Shown here piece by piece: positions 1-9,243 of a stretch of 64,000 nucleotides of DNA. Where the stretch lies: the NCBI GenBank assembly GCA_965644315.1, contig CBFFRQ010000026.1, forward strand, positions 7,103-71,102, read 5' to 3'. The notes under the pieces are model-generated. The model saw only the letters and a program-made list of their open reading frames with translations. It was not told the origin of the DNA and ran no database searches. Numbering within the stretch: the first letter of the stretch is position 1; each line of letters begins with the position of its first letter. Source of the DNA: Caecitellus pseudoparvulus (Eukaryota; Protista; Bigyra: Bicosoecida). The translations under genes and the position numbers were made by a program.

Positions 1-3000
1 GGCGTGACGGAGGGCGGCGGGGGGGCGGACCCGGCACCACCTTGCCGGAGGAGGAGGAACCCGGGCGTAGGGGAGATGCAGGGGGCACGCCGCCCCCCCT
101 CCCTTCGCGGGTGCCACCGCCCCGCGCGGACACGCCCGCCACCCCGAACGATATGTCCACCATGGCAGTCTCGGGGCCGACGCCCAGAGACGGCGGCCCT
201 GCGTGGCCTGGGGCGAGAGCGGGCACGCGCTGGTCAGGCTCGCCACGCTGCGCGGCGCTGTGGTGGCTGGGGCGCTTGGGCGCCTCGGCCGGAGTGGACC
301 GTGCCGCGGCGGGGGAGGTGGTGCGGGAGGGGCGCCGCGGCACATCTCTGCCACGGCCTCGGCTGCCCCCCACTGCGTCTGCCGCCGCGTGTGGCGTGCT
401 GCGACCACGCCCCCCCTCACGTCGCCCGACACCCCCCCCTGCCGCCGCCGCGGCCGCCTCAGCAGCATCGGCACGGGCCACCGCCTCCACCAACTGCGCC
501 TGCATGTCCGCCCGCTCAGCGTCCAGGCCCGCCTCAGCGGCTGCCGCTCGTTCTTCAGCCTGTGCCAGGGCCTGTGCAGCTTGCGCCAGCTCACGAGCCG
601 TGTGGGCCGCTGCGGCGGTGGCGGCGGCCAAGCTGGCGTGCAGCTGGTGCAGCTCCTCCACCCGCACGAAGGTGACACTGTGTGCCTCGTGCACAGTGCG
701 AGGGCCGGCGGTGGGAGAGGCAGGTGGTGAACTGCCACCCCCTGTCTCCTCCGCCCCCTCCCCGTCCTCCAGGCTCTGGCGCTGCGGCAGCAGCAGGATG
801 CGCTGCAGGGAGGTGAACAGGGACAGCTCTGTGGCGGGGGCGTCCCCACTGGCCTCTGTGGAGGAGTGGGACACGCTGCGGTGTGGGGTGCGGGACAGGC
901 CCTGAGGGGAGGCGGGTTCGTCCCCCGTTGCCGCCCGCACACTGCGCAGGACGTCGGTGTACACCTCCTCCGCGGGAGCCTGCAGCAGGACGCCTGTGCG
1001 CCGCGCTGCCAGCTCCCGCACCACCCCTGTCAGCACCTGCACCAGCTCCAGCGCCGTCAGGGCCGGCAGCATGTCAGCAATCGTCTGCACTTCGCTGCGG
1101 TCAGCCGTGGGCAGGAGGTCTGGGCCCGTCAGGCGCTTGGGCGAGGCGGGGGCACCCTTGCCCTTGCTGGGCAAGGCGGTCCACTGGGCCTGCTCTGGCG
1201 GGGCGTACTCGCGCACGAGTGCCAGGGGGGGAGCCGGGCGCAGGGAGGGTGTGGCGGTGCGCAGGGCGGACAAGAAGGCCGCCTTGCTCTGGCCCGTGGC
1301 GTGGCTGGGCGTGCCGGAGTCACTCCCGCCCTGCGCTGCTGTCGCAGAGACGTCTGACCCCGGCACACCCGACGCGAAGCGGTCTGCCGTGAACAGCACC
1401 TCTTGCGCCACACGCAGGGGTGCCACACCCGCCCCCCCCGCATCCTGCATCACCGACGCCAGGCCGCCCACCCACGCGAACCGCCCAGCGGAGCCAGTGC
1501 CGATCCAAGCCTCCACTTGGGCGCCAGCTGCGAACAAGCCCTCCATGGTGTCCAGCAGCGCGTCCCCATGCTGGGCCAGGCTGGGGGCTCGGTGGTGAAC
1601 GGGGAGGCGCCAGGCCTGGTCAGGGGCTCTGGACGCGGACGGTGACGTGGCAGGGGCCGTGGACACCACCAAGCCCGCCCCTGGCTCTGCGCTGGCGGCG
1701 GGGTCCGCTCCGGCGCCCTCTTCAATCGGCTTGTCCGTGATGCTGGGCGGCAGGTAGGCGAGGGCGGCCTCCAGGCGGGCCACCAGCGCAGGCGGCACCT
1801 GGCCAGGGGCCTTGCCCTTGTCTCTGCGCTTGCCATGACTGGCGCCAGAGGGCGTGCGGCTGCCGCCAGACTGCGACCTGTCGCCGTACACGGCGGGGGG
1901 CAGCAGCAGGCTGGCAGCGGGGGGCGGTGTGTGGTCCCCTGCGCCCCTGCGGCTGGGGCTCAGCACTGCCCACGCCAGCTCAGCCTGGCTCTTACGGCCG
2001 GTGAGCAGCCCACGACGAAAGGTCGTGGGCACGACCACGGCAGGCGACAGCGCCAGCGTGGCCCCGTCCCCTCCCAGGACACGCCCGCCGGCGTGGCTGG
2101 CCAGGGCCGGGCGCATGGCCAGGCGGGCACGGGCGGTGTTCCGTTCCTGTTCCGACTCAGACCGGGCCAGCAGGGCCCGAACAGAGGCCGCGTCCAGCAG
2201 CACCGTGTCCAGCCCCAGCGCCATGCGCAGCATGCTGGCGCGCTGGGAGCTGCCCAGCAGGGGCACGATGACAGGTAGCGCGACCCCTGGATCGGACGCC
2301 GCATGCAGCAGCGCCGTGAGCAGTGTCCGCTCGTCCTCCTCCAGAGCCGCCTGCGCCCGCCGCACTGCACCCTCGGCGTGCTCCAGCGCAGACGGCGCCT
2401 GCGCAGCGACCTTGGGGGTGTGGCCCATGGCGCCGATGGCCTTGCGAGCCTGGCGCCGTTGGCGGCGTGTCAGTTCCAAGCCGGTGGGGGACTTGGTGGG
2501 GGGCTGTGCGGCGGCGGCGGCCTTGGCAGCTGCCACTGCGTTCTTGAGGTCGTCACGGCGGTGTGCGGTGCGTTCCTGGAACACTGTGCGGAACACCTGC
2601 GCCAGGTGCGTCGTGTTGATGTCGTGCCGCGCAGTGAGCGTCTGCTGCACCACATCGGTGGCGAAGGCGGCGTTCGTGAGGGTGGGGCGCAGCATCAGGT
2701 CCCGCACCAGGGCCTGGTTCACCACGGGCGGCAGAATGGCCCGCAGCGTGGACACGAAGCGCAGCTGGCGGCCAGTGGGTGCTGCAAGGCCGCTCCAGCG
2801 CACCCCCCACCCCGACGCAGCGGCTGGCGTGAAGGTGGGATCCACCTCTGTCGCTGCCTCCGCCAGACGATCCGCATGCTGGGCCGAGCTGCCCCCCCCC
2901 GCCTCGTCCTCCTCCTCGCCGTCCGGGGCACCCGTGGCCGCCTGGCGCCGCACTTCCCTGGACCCCACCGCTAGCATGACCTCGTGCGGCGTGCGCTGCA

Positions 3001-4942
3001 CTGCCCACACCGCCCGTCGGCGCTCACGCAGCCTATGGCGCACCTCCTGCACTCGGGCGGCCGTGCCGTCCGCCGCCGCCTGTGCCCGCGCCGCCAGGAC
3101 ATCTGCCACTGCCCGCTGCACCTCTGCAGAGGCGTCGGCCCCCACGGCATCCGCCTCAGCCTCGCCGCTGGCCCCCGCCGCCTCGGCACGCAGGGCGCTG
3201 GCCTGCCGCTCGTACACGCCTGCCAGCAGCTCCTCCCACTCCTGCAGCAAGTACCCCAGCAGGGCCCACGGCGTGTCGCCCCCCCGCTCCACGCAGCTGC
3301 CCTGGCCCGAGCTGGTCTGACTCAGCTCCACCGCTTCCACCTCCCCCAGCGGGGCCGTACCCTGCATGGCTGTGAAGGCGGGTGCGGTGGGGGAGGGCGT
3401 CGTCAGGCGGGCCCCCAGGCCCCGAGGGCCCAGGTACGCCTGGCCAGGCGCCGTGACGTGTGTCCACAGGTGGTTCTGCCAGGGCGTGTGCTGGGCTGAC
3501 CAGGCCAGCAGCGCTCGCATTTGGTCCAGCTCTGCCTGGGACAGCCCCCCTGCGCCACGAGGGGGCGGGGGCGTGGCACCTGTTGCGCCTCTCCCCCCCT
3601 CCTCCCCCCCATCCGGTGCACTGGACCACGTCCACGGCTCGCCACGCTGCCCTGCTCGCGGCTTGGACACGGGGGGAGGGCCAAACGGCGACGCAAGTGC
3701 GTAGAACATGCCCAGCACATTCGCAGGCGTCGGCTGCAGCAGCGTCAGCGCCACCATGAGCATGTGATCCCTAGCCGCGATCTCAGCTCGCAACTGGGCC
3801 ACGTGGCGCGCCTGCCGCACCTGGGTCAGCGCCAGGCGCCACCGTGTCACGACGTTGTACGCCCGCCCCAGTGTCCTCAGCTCCTCCTGCCGACTGCGTT
3901 CCCACTGCACCAGCGTGTCTCGCAGGCGCTCCACCATGCCACGCAGGGCGTGCTTGTCAGCCTTGAGCCCGTCGTGCAGGCTGCAGTACGTGCGCTGGCG
4001 GTACAGGGCCAGGAAGTCAGCGGGTGGGGCGGAGGAGGGGCTGCCTTGCGGCTCGGCAGCCAGGGCAGAGCTAGCGCCGCCCCCCTCCTCTGGCCGCGAC
4101 AGCAGTGCCTCCACCCCCGCCCCCCGAGCCTCCACGTACACCGCCTGCAGCAGCACCCGGCGCAGGTTGGCGGTCATGTCGCCAAACCGAGCAAGGGGCC
4201 CACCCACCTCTGCCAGCTGCCCCAGCACGCGGAAGGCCATGGCTGTGGCCAGGTCGTTGGGCATGCCCAGCGGCGCCGTGAACGCCACCACCTGCTTCAG
4301 GGCCACCTCGCCCTGCAGGGCTGCCGAGGCGAAAGCGCCCTGCTCCGCCTCGTACGCTGCCTGCCACTCGTGCAGCAGCAGCGCCTTGGCGTCGGACCGG
4401 GGCATGTCCTGCTGCAGCGTATCCACCAGGGCCGTCAGGCGTCCAGCGGAGGCGGTGGGCGAGAGGGCCTTGGATACTGGCGCGCTGGGCCGGTGCAGGG
4501 GGGACAGCAGCTGCTTGCGGGAGGCTGCCCGGGGCAGGCTGTCCGGGCGCGGCCCACGCCCGACGGGGGACAGAGGGGACACGCCCCCTGGGGACGGGAG
4601 GGGGGCAGACTCGGCGCCCTTGGTGCCTTTGCGTGTGGGGGATGCCACGCCGAGGGGAGGCGCCTGGTGGGGCAGCGCGTGCTTCACGGCCGCCATGAGG
4701 CGGTCCACCACCGACTCTGGGTCAGGGGGCTCCGCCGCGCCACCCTCCACACGCAGCACACGAGCCAGGGCAGCGCGCAAGGGCGGCACATGGGTGCCTT
4801 CCGGGCGCGGTTGCACGGAGGAGATGCTGGACTGCGACGTGCCCCACCGCGCCTGCCCGCTGCTGCCAGCCTTGGGCGTTGCTGTGGAGCCAGTGCCCAG
4901 CGACCGCCCAGCCAGGGCCGGGGCACTGGTGCTGCCCTGCAT
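1..4942 (-). CDS. Large uncharacterised low-complexity/coiled-coil protein (>1600 aa), 3' end runs off the window
   Basis: The minus-strand frame from ATG 4942 (MQGSTSAPALAGRS...) appears open to position 1. The ORF track lists no terminated minus ORF in this register, and the long + ORFs here read as antisense shadows. There are helical segments (LLHEWQAAYEAEQGAFASAALQGEVALKQVV; EEELHQLHASLAAATAAAAHTARELAQAAQALAQAEERAAAAE). No family was recognised. Confidence 0.75.
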   Translation of the reverse strand, partial: MQGSTSAPALAGRSLGTGSTATPKAGSSGQARWGTSQSSISSVQPRPEGTHVPPLRAALARVLRVEGGAAEPPDPESVVDRLMAAVKHALPHQAPPLGVASPTRKGTKGAESAPLPSPGGVSPLSPVGRGPRPDSLPRAASRKQLLSPLHRPSAPVSKALSPTASAGRLTALVDTLQQDMPRSDAKALLLHEWQAAYEAEQGAFASAALQGEVALKQVVAFTAPLGMPNDLATAMAFRVLGQLAEVGGPLARFGDMTANLRRVLLQAVYVEARGAGVEALLSRPEEGGGASSALAAEPQGSPSSAPPADFLALYRQRTYCSLHDGLKADKHALRGMVERLRDTLVQWERSRQEELRTLGRAYNVVTRWRLALTQVRQARHVAQLRAEIAARDHMLMVALTLLQPTPANVLGMFYALASPFGPPPVSKPRAGQRGEPWTWSSAPDGGEEGGRGATGATPPPPRGAGGLSQAELDQMRALLAWSAQHTPWQNHLWTHVTAPGQAYLGPRGLGARLTTPSPTAPAFTAMQGTAPLGEVEAVELSQTSSGQGSCVERGGDTPWALLGYLLQEWEELLAGVYERQASALRAEAAGASGEAEADAVGADASAEVQRAVADVLAARAQAAADGTAARVQEVRHRLRERRRAVWAVQRTPHEVMLAVGSREVRRQAATGAPDGEEEDEAGGGSSAQHADRLAEAATEVDPTFTPAAASGWGVRWSGLAAPTGRQLRFVSTLRAILPPVVNQALVRDLMLRPTLTNAAFATDVVQQTLTARHDINTTHLAQVFRTVFQERTAHRRDDLKNAVAAAKAAAAAQPPTKSPTGLELTRRQRRQARKAIGAMGHTPKVAAQAPSALEHAEGAVRRAQAALEEDERTLLTALLHAASDPGVALPVIVPLLGSSQRASMLRMALGLDTVLLDAASVRALLARSESEQERNTARARLAMRPALASHAGGRVLGGDGATLALSPAVVVPTTFRRGLLTGRKSQAELAWAVLSPSRRGAGDHTPPPAASLLLPPAVYGDRSQSGGSRTPSGASHGKRRDKGKAPGQVPPALVARLEAALAYLPPSITDKPIEEGAGADPAASAEPGAGLVVSTAPATSPSASRAPDQAWRLPVHHRAPSLAQHGDALLDTMEGLFAAGAQVEAWIGTGSAGRFAWVGGLASVMQDAGGAGVAPLRVAQEVLFTADRFASGVPGSDVSATAAQGGSDSGTPSHATGQSKAAFLSALRTATPSLRPAPPLALVREYAPPEQAQWTALPSKGKGAPASPKRLTGPDLLPTADRSEVQTIADMLPALTALELVQVLTGVVRELAARRTGVLLQAPAEEVYTDVLRSVRAATGDEPASPQGLSRTPHRSVSHSSTEASGDAPATELSLFTSLQRILLLPQRQSLEDGEGAEETGGGSSPPASPTAGPRTVHEAHSVTFVRVEELHQLHASLAAATAAAAHTARELAQAAQALAQAEERAAAAEAGLDAERADMQAQLVEAVARADAAEAAAAAAGGGVGRREGGRGRSTPHAAADAVGGSRGRGRDVPRRPSRTTSPAAARSTPAEAPKRPSHHSAAQRGEPDQRVPALAPGHAGPPSLGVGPETAMVDISFGVAGVSARGGGTREGRGGGVPPASPLRPGSSSSGKVVPGPPPRRPPSR

Positions 4943-5457
4943 GGGAGTAGCCGGAGGGGGCCTGCAGATTAGAGCGCTGTGTGCTGTGCCGGGCGGCACA
5001 CACCTGCATCAGCTGCTGTCGTGGGTTGGGTGTCTTGGCAGGCTGTGTGTGCGTCGCAGCGACCGCGTGGCAAACCTTGACCAGCCAAGAGCGGCACGGA
5101 AGCTGGAAAGGCGCGTAGGAAAGTGGCTACCCGGCATGTGCTGGGAAGGCAAGGCGGTGCTGTGTACATTTTGCATTTTGTTTGCCATGGCGGGCTGCGC
5201 CGCTGCCGCATCTGGTGCACGCCTGGCCTCCGTTTTCCTCACACAGCTGGCACAGCCGCACACCCCCATCGCCAGCACCCGTGCCCGACCAGCTCCCCAC
5301 ACTTTTCACTGAACTTTGTGCACCCCGCCAGCAAAGGTCGTCCGCGGTCGCTCATTGTGCAGTCTGACCGCGCAGCGCCCCAAGGCGCACACAGGCCAGT
5401 GTCCGCCTTCGGCGTGCTTTCGAGCCTCTGCTCGCAGTTCCCCGCTCGGCGTCAGCC

Positions 5458-7461
5458 ATGGCGATGCTTGGGATGGAACTGGTGGTGTTCCTCATGCTGG
5501 CATTCCTGATGAAGAGCCTGCTCAAGCGCATGCCGCTGAGCCAGAGGGTGCGTTCGACGCTGGTGCCAATTTCCGCAGCCCTCGCCCTCACGCTCCTCGT
5601 GCCTGCGCGCGCAGTGGCTGCATAACGTGCGCTTCTACATCTTCCCTGACCTGCCGCAATTGAAACTCATCGCGGACACGCGGGGCCAAGTGGGCGTGGA
5701 GGTGCGTGCTTCTCCCCACCCACACAGCTTCCCTCGTCTCCACACGCTTGCCCCCCCCTTCCTCCCCCGCGCCCACCGCAGAAGACTGCCGCCAACACCC
5801 TGTCAGACGGCACCAGCCTGCTGCCCAGCTGGTGGGGCGCCACGCTGCAGGAGCGCATCGCCGGCGTCGTGGAGCACAACCGGGCCTACCTGCAGGCCGG
5901 CCTGCACAACACCGCCATGTCCTGGGACAACCTGCGCATGGTGGAGGAGTACGACCTCACCGTCTCCCTCCTCGTGCAGTTGCTGGCAGTGTACGGCCTG
6001 AGCGCCACCTGGTCCTGCCTGCGGGGTGTGCCGCAGCAGGAGACGTCCTTCTACCTCACCATGGCCACTGCGGCGGTGGGCCTGTACTCCCTTGCCTGGT
6101 CTGTCTTCAAGCACGGCTGGGGGGCGGTGTCCGGCCCGCTCACACTTGGCTTCGCAGGCTTCGGCTTCGTCATGGCCCTGCTGGCTCTGCAGGCGCCCGA
6201 GACGCTCCTGGACACACGCCTGGTGGCGGGGCTCCTGGATGCCTCCAACAAGGCCGAGGCGGTGCTGGAGAGCGTGGTGAAGGGGGGTGCGGACACTGGC
6301 GCGGGAGGGGGTCTGGACCTGGCGCCTTCCCTCCTGGTCCTGCACCTCCTTGTGGCCGGCGTCGCCGGCCTCATCATGGGCGTCATGGTGGTGCCCAGCA
6401 TCCGCTTCGCATCCTGCTTCGCCGCCCTCACAGCCGACAAGGCCGTCAGCGCCCCCGCCAAGGCGCTGCTGTACGTGAACATGTTCGGGCCCCTGGCTGT
6501 CGCGGCGCTGTGGCTGCGCCCTGTCCTGGGCAGTGCCCTCCTCATCCCCGACCTGGTCAAGTGCAACCCCGGAGACGTCGCACGCGACTGCACCGTCACG
6601 ACAGACCTCTCCTCCACGTGGCTGCTGACGGAGACTGCCTGGCTCCGGGTGCGTGTGGGGGCAGTGCTGGTCTGCCTGGCCCTGCGCCTGCTGCAGTACC
6701 GCCTGCTCATGTCGGGGTACCTGGCACAGGCCAAGACCAAGCAGGTGGACTACCTCGAGAGCAGCCTTGGGGGCTTTGGCGCCACCGACCAGGCCAAAGC
6801 CGTCAAGCGCGCAGCCAAGAAGGCTCGTAAGGAGGGCCGCAGTGTGAAGGACGCTGTGGCCCACGCCGCCGACGTGCCGGTGCAGGCGGTGGGCACGCTG
6901 TTCCACACGTGCCGGAACATCGCCCGGAACACCTTCTCCAACCTGGCCGTCGTCGGCCTGCAGTTCGTTGCACCCACCGCTGTCATCGTCGCCCTGGCCC
7001 TGGCCCTGCACCATCGAGGGGGGCTCAGCCTGGGCCTTTGCTCCGCTGTGCAGCAGGGCGCTGCCTCGGCAGGCCTGGCGCCGGTGCTGGAGAGGCTGCA
7101 GGTGGACCCGTCGGAGCCCACCAAGCCCAGCGGCATGGAGATGATGGTGGGCTGGGCCATGGACGCCGCCCTGGGCGAGTCTGGAACAGAGGTTGCCGGG
7201 CAGGTGCGGGCGGCGCTGGGCACGCCCCTGCTGTGGCGTCCCCTCTTCAACTTCCTCCTGTGGTGGGCCACCCTGTCCATGGCCGTCACGTCAGCCCTCG
7301 CGTACATGTACTTCGAAGGCGTCGTGCGTTTCGCCGACTCCTACCGTGACGAGATGCGGCAGCAGGCACAGACGGCCCGCCGCACAGCGGTCCAGGAGAC
7401 AGCAGCGGCTGCACCGGCAGCCTCCAAGCGCTCCAAGAAGAAGCGCCGCAAGGCAGAGTAG
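5458..7461 (+). CDS. TMEM161: TMEM161-family multi-pass membrane protein
   Basis: Exons 5458-5547, 5615-5701, 5782-7461 (GTGCGT...CAG introns). The N-terminus MAMLGMELVVFLMLAFLMKSLLKRMPLSQRWLHNVRFYIFPDLPQLK resembles the TMEM161 start. It has many TM helices, a PSIRFA motif and a C-terminal LWRPLFNFLLWW motif. Confidence 0.75.
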
Positions 7462-7472
7462 CGGCGTGGGCA

Positions 7473-7526
7473 AATGCATGCATAGGCAGGGTGAGTGGGA
7501 GGCCAGAGCCAGGCAGTGAGTGCATT
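7473..7526. terminator. Paired putative polyadenylation signals (AATGCA on each strand) between convergent TMEM161 and cytochrome c
   Basis: AATGCA on + at 7473-7478 and on - at 7521-7526. The same hexamer follows most stop codons in the window. Confidence 0.55.
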
Positions 7527-7577
7527 GACGCAGGGCCGACAGACACCCGTGAGCCAGGGGAGGCATGCCCAAGGTGC

Positions 7578-8497
7578 CTATGCGGTGGACTCCTTCAGGT
7601 AGGCGATGAGGTTGTTGCGGTCGTCCGCCTTCTTCAGGCCGGCGAAGATCATCTTGGTGCCCTTGATGTACTGCGGGGAGGGGAACAGGCACGAGAGGCA
7701 TGCAGTCGCAGCAGTGGTGTGGTGCGCAACTTTGCAGGGCACACACCTTCTTGGGGTTCTTCAGGTACTGTGCAGAGGGAAGCGGGGGGCGGGCAGGTGC
7801 AGGCGCGCATGCAGGCAGCTGGCGTTGATGTGTGCACGCCTGCTGATGTGCCGCAATACGCCGGCGCGCCGTGAAGGCGTGCCCGCCTCGCGGCACCCCT
7901 GCATGCCCCACACGCGCACAAGGACAACCGGGCACGTACCTTGAACAGGTGGTCTGTGTGGGGCAGAGAGGGGGGGAGAGGGGTGAGGGGACAAGGCGAC
8001 GAGGCAAGCAAAGCGGGTGGAAAGCAGGCAGAAAACCGCAAGGGCATCACCCCGCCCAACGGCACGGGCCCCGCACACGTGCACACGCACCCTCGTTCCA
8101 GGTGATGCCTGAGAAAGGACAGGGAAGAGATTGCGTGAAAAGAATGCGGCAGAGCGCGCGTGGCGCTGCGCAATACGAGTTTCGCCTCGCTTCAACTTCC
8201 GCAGCTGCCGCCGTACGCACCGGAAGACTTGTTGGCAGCAGAGTAGCTGAAGCCGGGGGTGGTGCCAGCAACGCGGCCAATCAGACCGTGCAAGTTGGGT
8301 CCCTGCGTCACGGACAGAGGCGCGGGCGGCGGTGAAGGGCTCGGCACAGGCCGGTGCTGGTGTTGGCGGGGCAGCGGCGAAGTGGCCTTCCCGGCACGTG
8401 CGTGGCTCACCTGCTTGTGGCCAGCGCCAGCCTCAACGGTGTGGCACTGAGCGCACTTGGTCTTGAAGATCTTGGCACCGGCAGCGACGTCAGCCAT
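7578..8497 (-). CDS. CYC1: Mitochondrial cytochrome c, 104 aa, 6 exons
   Basis: Exons 8497-8411, 8302-8221, 8108-8091, 7953-7940, 7767-7747, 7670-7578 join to [104 protein letters not shown]. The CxxCH haem motif and NPKKYIxGTKM are present. All introns are GT-AG. Confidence 0.97.
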
Positions 8498-9243
8498 GGT
8501 GAGAGGTGGGAGTGTGAAGGGCTGCGGGGGCGCAAGGAGTGCGTGGTGAGGCTGCCAGCACAGAGACAGGGCGATGCAGCTGCGATTGCGCAAGCTACGC
8601 ACGGGTAGAACCACGAAGGAGGCACTTGGGAGCAAGCACTGAGTGCAGGGGAAAGGCTAGGGATGGCGGATTGTGTTCGAGCCCGGGTGATGTGTGGGTA
8701 TCGCCGGGACAGCTGCGAGACTCGCTTTCCACCTCTCCAGGTCACACATCTCGTCTTCGCTCGGTGCAAGCCTGCTGCACCGGGGGAGGTCAAGAGGCTT
8801 AGCGTATTTTTCTAGTCCATCTCGCCCTCCGCGTTGTTGGGCACGAGTGTACATATAGGCGCACTCTCGATGGAGTCTGACGCTGCCGACAAAATCCTCC
8901 ATACGTGCCACCACAAAACTTGCTTCTCAAACCCAATGCAAACCTTGGAGTTACATGCTGGATTCAAACCAACACGCTCAAGCTTGTCTGCAGCCAAGCG
9001 GGCAGAAGGTGAGCTCGCCAAAGCGTGGCGTTGCACCACCCCATCGCCAGCCAACCCTGCTTCAGCGCTGCACGCTCTCCCCCCAACTCTCCCAGGCAGA
9101 AGTGGCGCTATTGCGTCCATTATCGAGTTACGAGATCCTGAAATCGCCCGCAATGGTGCGTGGAGCGGCTCCTGGCTGCAGTTGGCGTGGCTGTCGCCAG
9201 CACTTGTCGCAAGTCCGAGCCGTCTTGACAGCATTGTACCCGT

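Noticed and set aside
4-5312. Many + strand ORFs of 150-490 aa
   Set aside because: Shadows of the single minus-strand gene that runs off the window.
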